NCBI GenBank assembly: GCA_020633655.1
Contig: JACKDF010000003.1
Span: 405,989 to 469,988 of the forward strand
Length of the DNA stretch: 64,000 nucleotides
Direction of reading: 5' to 3'
Origin: Deferribacteres bacterium
GTDB taxonomy: Bacteria; Zhuqueibacterota; Zhuqueibacteria; Zhuqueibacterales; Geothermadaptataceae
Shown here: positions 20,000 to 30,400 of the stretch, in pieces
Numbering within the stretch: the first letter of the stretch is position 1
Layout of the letters: every line of letters begins with the position of its first letter
Notes under the pieces: model-generated
Told to the model about the DNA's origin: nothing
The model's input: the letters and a program-made list of their open reading frames with translations, nothing else
Databases searched by the model: none
Position numbers and translations under genes: made by a program

Positions 20000-20031
20000 A
20001 TTCTACGTCCTCTTAATGCCGATTCATCAAA

Positions 20032-20541
20032 TTAAATCCGTTCCACTACAAACAACGGTTGGTTGTACTCAACCGGTTGTCCATCATCATTGCTAATTTT
20101 AATGATCCGACAAGGAAACTCGGCTTCAACTTCATTCATCAGTTTCATCGCTTCGATAATACACAGAACCTGGCCTTGTTTCACTGTGTCACCAACATTC
20201 ACATACGGATCGGCTTCAGGAGCAGGGGCGCGATAAAACGTTCCAACCATTGGAGAACGAATTTCTTCTCCTGCCGGTTGTTCAGGTGCTGCAGCCACTT
20301 TTACAGCAGGTGTTTCCACGACAACCGGGGCAGCTTTTGGCTCGGAAGCCGGAACAGCGACCGGAGCTGGCGCAGGAGCATGAACAGGTACATGGACTTG
20401 CTGGGGTACATGCATGTTGTAGTTAAGATTATTTGTGAATTTGGAAATACGAACTTTTCTTCCCCATTTTGAGACTTCAAGTTCAGCTATATCGGCATTT
20501 TCTACCATCTTTATCAGGCGTTGTATTTGATCTTCTGTCAT
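20032..20541 (-). CDS. accB: Biotin carboxyl carrier protein
   Basis: Biotinyl-lysine motif [13 protein letters not shown] and a Pro/Ala-rich linker. Start at MTEDQI (20541) preceded by GGAGGAAAA. Confidence 0.9.
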   Translation of the reverse strand: MTEDQIQRLIKMVENADIAELEVSKWGRKVRISKFTNNLNYNMHVPQQVHVPVHAPAPAPVAVPASEPKAAPVVVETPAVKVAAAPEQPAGEEIRSPMVGTFYRAPAPEADPYVNVGDTVKQGQVLCIIEAMKLMNEVEAEFPCRIIKISNDDGQPVEYNQPLFVVERI

Positions 20542-20570
20542 TTTTCCTCCAAATAATTGCAATCCGAAAA

Positions 20571-21134
20571 TTAGGATTTTACTCTTTCGATATAAGCTCC
20601 GGTTCGAGTATCGACACGGATTTTCTCACCTTCCGAAAGAAAGAGCGGCACAGTTACGACGGCACCTGTTTCAAGAGTAGCGGGTTTCCCGCCTCCAGAT
20701 GCTGTATCCCCTTTTAGCCCGGGGTCAGTTTGTGTAATCGTCAATTCGACAGAAGTTGGTAATTCGAGAGATACTGGCTCCGATTGTACAATTAAAACAT
20801 CAACAGTGTCCCCCTCTTTCATATATTTCTCTGCCTCATCGACCAAATTGGCTGCAATTTCCATTTGTTCGAAGGATTCGTTGTCCATAAAGACGAAGAC
20901 ATCTTCGGAACGATAGAGAAATTGCATTTTATGGCGCATGACCATGACATCGTTTACTTTTTCACCGGAACGAAAGGTTTTCTCAAGTACCCTTCCGGTT
21001 TTTAAATTCCTTAACTTGGTACGACAAATCGCACCACCTCGTCCCATTTTTACATGTTGGAAGTCCATGATCGACCATATTCCACCATCTAATTCGAATG
21101 TGAAACCTGTCCGAAAATCAGCTGTGCTCGCCAT
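20571..21134 (-). CDS. efp: Elongation factor P
   Basis: 187 aa; [39 protein letters not shown] pattern. SD is GAGGATATAA-ATG. Confidence 0.95.
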   Translation of the reverse strand: MASTADFRTGFTFELDGGIWSIMDFQHVKMGRGGAICRTKLRNLKTGRVLEKTFRSGEKVNDVMVMRHKMQFLYRSEDVFVFMDNESFEQMEIAANLVDEAEKYMKEGDTVDVLIVQSEPVSLELPTSVELTITQTDPGLKGDTASGGGKPATLETGAVVTVPLFLSEGEKIRVDTRTGAYIERVKS

Positions 21135-21419
21135 TTATATCCTCAAATCAATTAAACTTTTTTGTGACTAATATTAGATTCTTTTGATGAAAAATTAGCT
21201 TAATTCCAAAACGGTAATTTGGATACTTAAACCACACGCTCAAAGTTGGTCAATATAATTGAAAATGCGACAAAAGTCAACTTCTTACTGTTGGTTCATA
21301 AAATTTGAAATTCAGTCACATAAAGGCCATCTTTGATTGATGCAAAGAGCAGGTTTTTTATCCAAATGAATAGAGTTATGCTCTGATATTACCAATCGGC
21401 TGAATTATTGTGAAAATTT

Positions 21420-22223
21420 TCACTGAATAACAGTGATCAGCGTACGTGTAACTGCTCCATCAGACAGAACTGTTAAAATATAGATGCCACTGGTCACCAG
21501 CTTGTTCAAGAAATTTCGTCCATTCCATAAAACGTAATTTTCACCTGAACCAGAAATTAAAGAACTTGTTTTCCAAACAAGATTTCCAAGAATATCATAG
21601 ATATACAAACGGACTGGACAATTTGCATGCAGCGTGATTGGCAAGCGAATAAATTTATGACGGGAGGGTTGGAAAGGATTAGGAAAGGGTCTTTGCAGAA
21701 AATCACGATGAGTTATTGTATCATCGCTATTAAAATCAAAATTATCGCCGACTGAGGTGCTGTGGTTGTCGTTGTTTAGGGAATCATTTTCAGAAATAAG
21801 AATGTGTTCTGTTTTCATCACACCATCAAATCCAAATTCACCAAGATGGATAATACCTGACGCTTGCTTGTTGAGTACAATTCCAGTAGATATGGAATCA
21901 TGCGTTATGTTATTTATAATTTCAAGCGATAATGTGTCCGTGGCCAACAACTGGTTGGTTGATACCCAAAATATGGCCTGTTCTTGATAAAAACCACATC
22001 CAAAACTATCAAGGTTGTAGATATTTTCCGGATTTTTTTGATTAAAAAATTTAAAATCAAGTTGTTCGGCTGTAAAGAATTCTTGATCGGCGCCAAAAAT
22101 CTTTCCCCAAAAAATGTTTTCTGATTGCGCAAAAACCTGAGAAACCTGGATAACACAAAGCACAAAAAACAAATTGCAGTAAAAAATAAGCCTGCCAAAC
22201 ATCCTGGTAGAAAACACGATCAT
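21420..22223 (-). CDS. Secreted hypothetical protein with T9SS-type C-terminal domain
   Basis: Signal peptide. C-terminus PFPNPFQP...VRLYIYDILGNLVW...VLWNGRN...SGIYILTV...TLITVIQ follows the Por-secretion-tail pattern. The N-terminal 170 aa have no recognisable motif. Confidence 0.6.
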   Translation of the reverse strand: MIVFSTRMFGRLIFYCNLFFVLCVIQVSQVFAQSENIFWGKIFGADQEFFTAEQLDFKFFNQKNPENIYNLDSFGCGFYQEQAIFWVSTNQLLATDTLSLEIINNITHDSISTGIVLNKQASGIIHLGEFGFDGVMKTEHILISENDSLNNDNHSTSVGDNFDFNSDDTITHRDFLQRPFPNPFQPSRHKFIRLPITLHANCPVRLYIYDILGNLVWKTSSLISGSGENYVLWNGRNFLNKLVTSGIYILTVLSDGAVTRTLITVIQ

Positions 22224-22427
22224 CCTGATAATTCGTTTGCAAAAATGCTATTCATTCATCTACATTTGATGAAGACAATATGAGCCCGACCTTACGCAAT
22301 ATACATTCCACTTTCTGTTCGTGTTTAAAACACACGTATTTCATAAAGTAGTTACTACTATTTGTTACACTATCGTATTTGCAATGGTGGCCTTGTAATC
22401 AAAATCGCCAGAAGTGATGAAAAAAGC

Positions 22428-23681
22428 ATGAATATTAAAGAAAAACTACGAAATCTGCACAAAACGACACCTTTTGTTTCGAGTTCGCAAATTGCTACCA
22501 GTGAGCGATTCAACCAAATCGCTGCTGCCCTGGAGGGAGAATTACTTCATACAGAAAAGGGAAGTATCATTCGCGTCACCAGTAAAGTGGGATACTCTGA
22601 AAAAATGCAGGATGCAACTTTGCATGAAACCAGAAAAATAAAAGGCCAGAGTGCAGCAATACTTTCCAAAAAGAAAGTCGATCACGGTTTTTCATTTGAA
22701 TCAGCACTCTTTATCGATACAGAAACGACCGGTTTGTCAGGAAGTAGCGGGACGTATGCATTTTTGGTAGGAATTGGTTATTTCAAAGAGAATAACTTCT
22801 GCGTCGAGCAGCTGTTTATGCCCGGCTTGGGTCACGAATCAGCCCTTTTATCCTATCTTGAAGGGCTGATTTCTAATTCTACTGGCATCGTTACATTCAA
22901 TGGAAAATCCTACGATATTCCCCTGCTCACCGCTCGTTTCATTCAAAACCGTATGCGCCCAACCATCGATCTACTCCAGCATTTTGATGTATTGCATGCA
23001 GCACGTCGCATCTGGAAAAATGATTTTGGAAATTGCTCGCTGATCAACCTCGAGCAAAATTTACTTCAAATTCATCGTGAGGGAGATATTCCCGGAGAAG
23101 AAATTCCGGCGATCTACCGTGATTATTTACGCTCATTTGAAACGGATCAACTCAGCAAAGTCATTTACCATAACAAAATGGATATTATTACGATGGCTAC
23201 TTTAATTGGCGTTTTAAATGCAACTATCGATGAGCATCATCCGCAATTTCCGTTACAAAACCATCTATCAATGAGAGTTGTAAATCTTTTCCAATCGACA
23301 AATGAATCGCAAAAAGCAATTGAACGGATTCAGGCACTTCTGGAACAGGATCAGCTTAACAAGCAAGAAAAAAGTGAACATTACTATAATTTAGGTATGC
23401 TTCATAAACGTGCACAGAATTGGGAAAGTGCAGAAAAATCCTGGCTTGCGTCACTAAATGAAGGATTATTTTCAATTCCACCTGCAATTGAACTTGCAAA
23501 ATATTATGAGCATAAGGTGAAGGATTTAAAGAAAGCGTTGAACCTGACAACAAGATGCATGGAATTTATAACGATTCGATCTGAACTCGGGAAAAAATTT
23601 GATGAAGAGCTGGTTTTTGGATTAAAGAAACGCAAATCCCGGCTGGAGCTTAAAATAAATAAAGGAATAGTGGATGATTAG
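22428..23681 (+). CDS. RNase H-like (YprB/COG3359-type predicted exonuclease) domain protein with TPR-like C-terminus
   Basis: LFIDTETTGLSGSSGTYAFLVGIGY and FNGKSYDIPLL are typical of the RNase_H_2 exonuclease-like family. The helical repeat tail includes YYNLGMLHKRAQNWESAEKSW. Start preferred at MNIKEKL (22428). Confidence 0.65.
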   Translation: MNIKEKLRNLHKTTPFVSSSQIATSERFNQIAAALEGELLHTEKGSIIRVTSKVGYSEKMQDATLHETRKIKGQSAAILSKKKVDHGFSFESALFIDTETTGLSGSSGTYAFLVGIGYFKENNFCVEQLFMPGLGHESALLSYLEGLISNSTGIVTFNGKSYDIPLLTARFIQNRMRPTIDLLQHFDVLHAARRIWKNDFGNCSLINLEQNLLQIHREGDIPGEEIPAIYRDYLRSFETDQLSKVIYHNKMDIITMATLIGVLNATIDEHHPQFPLQNHLSMRVVNLFQSTNESQKAIERIQALLEQDQLNKQEKSEHYYNLGMLHKRAQNWESAEKSWLASLNEGLFSIPPAIELAKYYEHKVKDLKKALNLTTRCMEFITIRSELGKKFDEELVFGLKKRKSRLELKINKGIVDD

Positions 23682-23733
23682 GAAGTGCGACGCAATTCTA
23701 CCCATTCAATGCGCCGCACTTAAGGTATTATAC

Positions 23734-26268
23734 TTACTTGGTTAATGTCATTTTCTGCTGTAGTACGTGATTTCCTGCAATACACTTGTAAACATAGACT
23801 CCTGAAGGCATTTGCAGACCGGCATCGTTGCGACCATCCCATGTCACAGCATGGTAACCCGGCGCGTAATTTTGTTCAGCAAGCATGCGGATTTTCCTTC
23901 CCAAAACATCATAGACATATAGGCTGACAAAGGATTTGTCATGAATGCCAAACACAATGCGAGTTGAGGGATTGAAGGGATTCGGATAATTTTGATTCAA
24001 AACGAATCGGTCCGGTACTTCAGCAGCACCTTCATTTACACTGGATGTGGAGGTGTTAACAACCCCTGACCTGGTCACATTGCCCGCATCATCGAGAAGT
24101 TCAACGACATAATAGTTTAAATTTGTGCCTGTTGCATCTAACCAGCTAGCTGTATTTACAGTTGCAACCAAATTTTCGGGAAGTGGACTAAAATTCAGTG
24201 CATTTCCACGATAAATACGTGCAGCGGCAAAATCTGGTGTATTTTCCATAGCCCAGGCAATGCGTACACCACCGCCTTCTAATCTGGCACTTAAGCCTGC
24301 AAATTGGGGAAAGATATTATCTACCGAATAACCGCTATCCGGTAGACTGTACCAGATATTTTTAGACCAATTTGACTGCGCTGATACGCGAAAATAGGCC
24401 CAGGCGGTGCCGAATTCAGTTGAATCGTGTAGAGTAGGGGCTACAAATGAATAATACGGTTCTCGCACTGCAGGGATAGTAACAATATAATCCCAAATCC
24501 ATTTTCCCTCATCAACGAAAACACGGTCACCTGCACTCATCCCTTTCGCCAGTGCGGTTTGTAAATTCGCAACACGTGGAATCTGCTGCCCATTGTACTC
24601 GATAAAATTTTCTGACGAATCATCAGGAAGTTGTGGCCCACGACGCCAGACATGGTACTGCCCAATTTCCTCACCCCAGGTATTCCCATACTCATCGACC
24701 CAATCGCCAGAACTGGCACGAAATACGACGCGTACCTGTTTTCCCTGGTCTGCAGGGATGTCCTGAATAGAGAGTATTTTCGGTTCAGCAGGCGGCATTT
24801 CACGTCGAACGAGTACAAATTGAATGGTATCTGTTCCTGCATTTACGAATCGACTTGGATCACCTTCTACCATTAAATCACCTGGCAATGACCATTGATC
24901 CAGCCACACTTCCCACGGATTCGCTTGCGAACTTACAGGAATCGAGAAAAAGCCGCCACCATCGCTCCAGCCTTGTGACCAGCCTCCCTGAGAAGATTTT
25001 GCTTCAAGCCGTGCACAAACAAAAGGCCCTTCATCGCGAATCCAGACTTGTCCCGCAACAAAAGAATCGAGTTCGAGCAATCTGAAATTCACATGGACAG
25101 TATCGTGTTCACCAACGTAGATGTATTGTGGTTCATTTTGTAAAAAATGACCATTCAAATTATCAACATTTACACCATAATTGCCCGGCAAAACATCGAT
25201 TGCATAATCGCCATTTTCTGTTCTGGTGTATAATTCACCCCCCTGCCCTGCTTCATTCCACATGTAAACTTCCAACTCAAGTGGATTACCAAAGAAATCG
25301 ACAAGCACATTTCCATTCATATCCGTAACAGTCCCGACGACTTGAGAATTCGATGGAATGTATTGGAAATTCACATCTGAAGGAGCGTATTGAGCATCGA
25401 ATTCGATGGGACCAGGAGCGACATAACCGGAAAGAATGCCTAACTCATCAAATGTGGATACTACCCACTGTTGCATGGTCGAATTTTCCGGGAACGGCAC
25501 TGAAAAATTACCGCTTGCATCGGTAAGCGTAGCAAAAAAAGCATCATCTTTATCATCCCCTGCATAAGGATCACCGTTATTCATACACCAGGGGATATCA
25601 GAACCATCATCCTGTTGAACTGCAAAAATACTGGAAGCTTTTTTTGCGATATAATTTTCAAATTCTTTACTATCATCCCGTACAATACCTTTTTTAAGGC
25701 TTGGCAATGAAGCCTGTGCAGTTCCGTTGTTTGTATTATTTGCGTCGTCATAATACATCGGATGCACAAAAACAAACAAATTTTCCTGATTCGCAGGCAC
25801 AGTAACCGCACCGCTCACAACCCAATTTGAAGCACGATGTTCCTGCATTAAAAGCGCTGATGCAACGGCGCCACTTTCCTGCTTTGCCATCAAAATAAAT
25901 TGAGCGGGCGCAATTTCAAAAAATTTATCGATTGGAATAATCACTTTCCCATCGCGGACACCATCTGCATCATTGAAGCCACCATCGACGAAAAAGTCCT
26001 CCCTGCTCTGGGAATGAAAGAGCATATAGTCCGTTGTTGTAACAACACCATCTGCATCAATATCAAGATATACGGCTACAGAAAAAGCCGTATCACTTCC
26101 TGCGAATGTGTACGTTAAGGCAAGGGAATCCCCCACAAACGCCTGATATGTTGACTGCCCGTTGATCGTAAGCGTCTGGGAATTGGCCACTGAAGAAAAG
26201 CTAAAAATCAATAGTAGGATAAGTAACCACCTGCTAAAACCTGTTTTGTTTTGTGTAAAATTGTTCAT
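23734..26268 (-). CDS. Large secreted T9SS cargo protein of unknown function
   Basis: Signal peptide. C-terminus NQNYPNPFNPSTRIVFGI...VSLYVYDVLGRKIRML...HAVTWDGRNDAGLQMPSGVYVYKC...KMTLTK is a textbook type-A T9SS CTD. Start at MNNFTQ (26268) has GGAG 7 nt upstream. Confidence 0.75.
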   Translation of the reverse strand: MNNFTQNKTGFSRWLLILLLIFSFSSVANSQTLTINGQSTYQAFVGDSLALTYTFAGSDTAFSVAVYLDIDADGVVTTTDYMLFHSQSREDFFVDGGFNDADGVRDGKVIIPIDKFFEIAPAQFILMAKQESGAVASALLMQEHRASNWVVSGAVTVPANQENLFVFVHPMYYDDANNTNNGTAQASLPSLKKGIVRDDSKEFENYIAKKASSIFAVQQDDGSDIPWCMNNGDPYAGDDKDDAFFATLTDASGNFSVPFPENSTMQQWVVSTFDELGILSGYVAPGPIEFDAQYAPSDVNFQYIPSNSQVVGTVTDMNGNVLVDFFGNPLELEVYMWNEAGQGGELYTRTENGDYAIDVLPGNYGVNVDNLNGHFLQNEPQYIYVGEHDTVHVNFRLLELDSFVAGQVWIRDEGPFVCARLEAKSSQGGWSQGWSDGGGFFSIPVSSQANPWEVWLDQWSLPGDLMVEGDPSRFVNAGTDTIQFVLVRREMPPAEPKILSIQDIPADQGKQVRVVFRASSGDWVDEYGNTWGEEIGQYHVWRRGPQLPDDSSENFIEYNGQQIPRVANLQTALAKGMSAGDRVFVDEGKWIWDYIVTIPAVREPYYSFVAPTLHDSTEFGTAWAYFRVSAQSNWSKNIWYSLPDSGYSVDNIFPQFAGLSARLEGGGVRIAWAMENTPDFAAARIYRGNALNFSPLPENLVATVNTASWLDATGTNLNYYVVELLDDAGNVTRSGVVNTSTSSVNEGAAEVPDRFVLNQNYPNPFNPSTRIVFGIHDKSFVSLYVYDVLGRKIRMLAEQNYAPGYHAVTWDGRNDAGLQMPSGVYVYKCIAGNHVLQQKMTLTK

Positions 26269-26718
26269 GCATGTCTCCTTCTTTCGATACGATTCAATGC
26301 TTTTTGCCATTGAATTAATTAAATGGCATCACATCAATAAAATATCGAACTGAAAAGGAGAATTCTGTATTGAACAGATATGATTTTTTGGAGATAAATC
26401 ATGCGGATGAAGCTGAAATCTTGCGAAAAGAAACGCAAATCTAACCTTCATTCCATGGACTGTGGATTACTTCCGGAACATTTAAATCAGCACCCAAAAA
26501 CCAGGAAAGGTGTGGAGTGAAGAGCACATGCCGATGTACTTTTGCAAATTAAAAGCAGTATAGCAATTTTATTGTATGTGCCGAGCCAATTGAAGAGGGG
26601 ATAAACCGGACGTTGAGTCTGTCGAAACGCCCAGTTCCACGCTTAAATTCGAGCCCTTCAACAAGCTCAGTGTCCGAATTTACATGTTATTCGACAGCCA
26701 CGCCAGAGTTTCAAAACG

Positions 26719-27165
26719 TTATAAAACCGAAAAAATAGCCCCAAAAACAACCAGTATCGCACCGAGAAATTTCTTCAGGGTAATTGGATCTTTTGGTGTA
26801 CCCAGAAAACCAAAATGGCTGACAAAAATTGCCGTTAATATTTGTCCGCTTATGGTTAAAATGAAAAACTTACGCACACCAACTTTGGGGATGAGAAATG
26901 TTGTACCTAAAATCATCACTGCACTAAAGATGCCGGTGCAATACAGCCACCACGGAACATCTTTTATCTTTTTTACCGTTGCCGGGTCACCCCAAACGCC
27001 ATAGATGAGAAACGAAGCCAACAGCGCGACAATAAAAAAAGTAATATTTGCTGTTATCGGTGAACCGAGATGGCGGGAAACAGCGCTGTTCATTGGCAAA
27101 TAAATCGAAAGCATTGCCCCCATTAACAGTGAAAAAAGAACAAAAAAAGTGGTTTGCATGGCCAT
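26719..27165 (-). CDS. Small DMT-superfamily membrane protein (YdcZ/DUF606-like)
   Basis: 148 aa with 4-5 hydrophobic helices. Size and layout are typical of the bacterial/archaeal transporter family-2 (YdcZ). Confidence 0.65.
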   Translation of the reverse strand: MAMQTTFFVLFSLLMGAMLSIYLPMNSAVSRHLGSPITANITFFIVALLASFLIYGVWGDPATVKKIKDVPWWLYCTGIFSAVMILGTTFLIPKVGVRKFFILTISGQILTAIFVSHFGFLGTPKDPITLKKFLGAILVVFGAIFSVL

Positions 27166-27421
27166 TCTTCCATCGTATAATGTTCATGTTTCGATTACAA
27201 ATACTGGAGAGAAAATGTGTACTTTTTCAGAAAACGGATACTGCCCGAATTAATTTCACCTTTAAAATTGTGGAATTTTCAAACTTTCCATTTGTCCAAA
27301 TTTAACAATCGTTCTGTAGACTCCAAGCGGAACAAAAATTTAGTGAGAAAAATGACTATTCGGTGGGGAAATTGATAATTCAAACTTGAAATGCAGGATT
27401 TTTCGAAAACAGCGGGAATAA

Positions 27422-27454
27422 AGCAGTCCATCTTCCCTAGTCAGATGGACTGCT
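27422..27454 (-). terminator. Intrinsic terminator downstream of the GDPD-LamG gene
   Basis: Perfect 12-bp stem AGCAGTCCATCT / AGATGGACTGCT with a 9-nt loop, 20 nt after the stop at 27475. The minus-strand tail is UUAUUCCCGCUGUUUUCG. Confidence 0.55.
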
Positions 27455-27474
27455 GAAATTAGATTACGAAAGGT

Positions 27475-30400
27475 TTAGCGAACTAATATCATCTTTTTGG
27501 TCGCGGTAAAACGACCTGCTTGAATCCTGTACAGATAAATGCCGCTTGTAACCGGGTGTCCGATTTGACTACGGCCATCCCAAACGACTCTGTATGTTCC
27601 AGGTTCACGTTTCTCATTGATTAATTGTCGAACGACACGGCCAATTGCATCATAAATCGTAATAGTGACATGCTCTTTCTGCGGAATCGAATAGAATAAG
27701 GTGGTAGTCGGATTAAACGGATTGGGATAATTTTGTGACAAGGAATAATCCGTCGGTACTGCCTCTGCCACATGCACACTTGTTGGATAATTTTCACCGG
27801 TCGCCAAATAAGTGATTTCGTCGTCACTCAATGCACGATCAAAAACATAAATATTATCGATGCATCCTTTAAAGAATGTACTCAGGCTATAGCCCATCGT
27901 CACGATATCACCTGGTTTAACATTGCCGGTGAGAGGGTGTGTATCTTTTAAAACACCATTTAAATACACGCGCGCTTCGGCTCCGTCATAAACACCAATA
28001 ACATTCATCCACTCGTCTTTCACGAGCTCAGCACCGGGAATCCCCGGTCTTTCGGCGCCATTAAACGTTGTGACCTTGAAGCGGAGCTCATTATTCCCTC
28101 TGTCTTCGTAAATCACATAATTATCCGTTTCGGAATCGAAAATAGGACCAAATGATCCAGGTAAATCAGGTGGAAGAATAGCGAGTTTTACCCAGAGAGA
28201 AACCGAGACAGCGTTGCTATCAATATTCAAAATGGAATTCGTAATCTCCACCTGGTCATCGACACCATCGAAGCTGAGAGCGTTACCAAACACACCGTCA
28301 ACCCACTGTGGACCGTTTTGAAGAATGCCATTATTGCCGTTGCCGGTAACATCGGCGGCAAGCGTATCCATCCCCTCATCGAGGGGCCAGTAACTGATCA
28401 AACTACCCAGGTAAGGATAAAACTGGAATAGTGCTTTTGTATCACTTGCAATCGTGTTTGGAACAGTTGCAAGGTCGGTGATATTATTTACTGTAAGTGT
28501 AAAATCGGTTTCTGGAGTAAGTCCGGTAACAGAGAGTAAGACGTTTGCTTTCTGAGCGGAAATTTTCGCAGCATTGATGACAGCTCCGTTATCGATTGCA
28601 TAATTCGAAATACTCTCTGCGAGTACGCTATCCACTGGTTCGGAAAAATTGACCAACACTTTTTCCGGTTCGCCTGTTGTAGACACTTTCACAAGCGCAG
28701 GTGGTGTGTTATCTGCACCAGTGGTGGCGATGACTTCATTGCTGAAATAGTCGCTTTCAACACCATTGGCATCAATCGCTTTGATTCGGTAATAAAAATC
28801 ATCCAGTTCCTGGCCTGCAATGTCCGTATAAGCTGTCGTGTCCCCGACGGTCGCAATTAGTGTCGTTGCTGCGGCCGTTGTATCCCGATAAATGTGGTAG
28901 CCGGAGACGCCAGATACGGGATCAGGCATGTATTCCCATGAAAGGGAAACTGTGCTTTCTTCTACCTTATCCAGGGAAAGAACCGGTGTGGGTGTTCCGG
29001 AATACAGATAAACTACTTCCTGAGCGTTCAACGCACGATCAAAGATTTGTATATGATCGATTCCACCACTAAAATAGGTTGTTCCAGTTCTGCCAAGGAA
29101 GATATCACCGGAATTGGTTTTAATATTTCCCGTAAGTGGAAGAGTATCTTGCAGCTTGCCATTCAGATATATTTTTGCAGCAACGCCATCATAAACACCC
29201 GCAATATGCAGCCATTCGCCCGTCGTCAGAGCATCGGCGGGAATACCCGGTCGCTGTGCACCAGTAACGGTCGTGACTTTGAACCGCAACTCATTGTTTC
29301 CTCTGTCCATGTAAATCACGTAATTATCGGTATCTGAATCATAGATTGGGCCGTATGGACCAGGCAAGTCCGCTGGTAAATAGTCGAGCTTTGCCCAAAC
29401 AGAGAGGGTCACTGCATTCGTATCAATATTCAAGCTCGTTGTACTTGGAATCAAAACGTAATCATCAACACCATCGAAAAGGAGACCATTACCAAATTTC
29501 GAATCTGCCCAAACAGTCCCATTTTTTAGTGTACCATTGTTACTATTTGCTGTTGCATCGTAGGCAGTCGTATCTGCTCCTTCATCGAGGGACCAATAGC
29601 TAACCAGGTTTTCAGGAGTTCTCTTATTCGAAAAATGAATCTGTGTACCCTGTTCAATAACATTCGGTTCTTCTGCCTGGTCTTCGATATTCGATACAGT
29701 GATGGTATAAGCAACATCCTCCAGCAAAGGCGAGGTTGTTAAAATAACCGCTGATCTATCCGCAGTTATTTTTGCATCCATTATCGTTACACCATTATCA
29801 ATGGCATAGTTAGAAATGGTTTCTGCGGAAAATACACTCACTTTTTCATTGAAATGAACATAGACCGTTTGATCTGAGCCAACAGAAGCAACATTATCGA
29901 TTTCCGGCGCAATCGTATCGATGAACTGCTTTTTAGCGGAGGAAAATAAAAAATTGATTTCCTCCTCTGTCAAAGCTCTATCGAAAACAAAAACATTGTC
30001 CATTCGACCTTCAAAATAGACCGCACCTGTTCGACCAAGAAATGCTAATTGACCAGTTCTGACATTGCCAGTCAGGTTGTGTGAGTCCTTTAATTCGCCA
30101 TTTAAATAAATCTGAGCCGTAGCACCGTCATAAACACCAACGACATGAAGCCATTCATTTGCAGTAATATCCGCTCCTGGAATTCCGGGCCGCTCGGCAC
30201 TGACATCTGTACTCACTTTAAATCGAAGTTCATTGTTTCCTTTATCCCCATAAATCACGTAGTTGTCCGCATCCGAATCAAAAACAGGTGCATAGGCAAC
30301 CGGAAGCTCACCAATGGAATAAGCCAGGTTTATCCAAACTGACACGCTGACAGCATTCCCACTAACATCCAGGTTAGCATTGGTAAATTCAACATAGTCA

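Noticed and set aside
18234-21134. efp-accB-accC-gcvH cluster as something unusual (gcvH without gcvT/gcvP; accC with a TTG start).
   Set aside because: efp-accBC linkage is widespread housekeeping synteny. Stand-alone gcvH copies are common, and the TTG start has a good SD. Nothing here needs follow-up.
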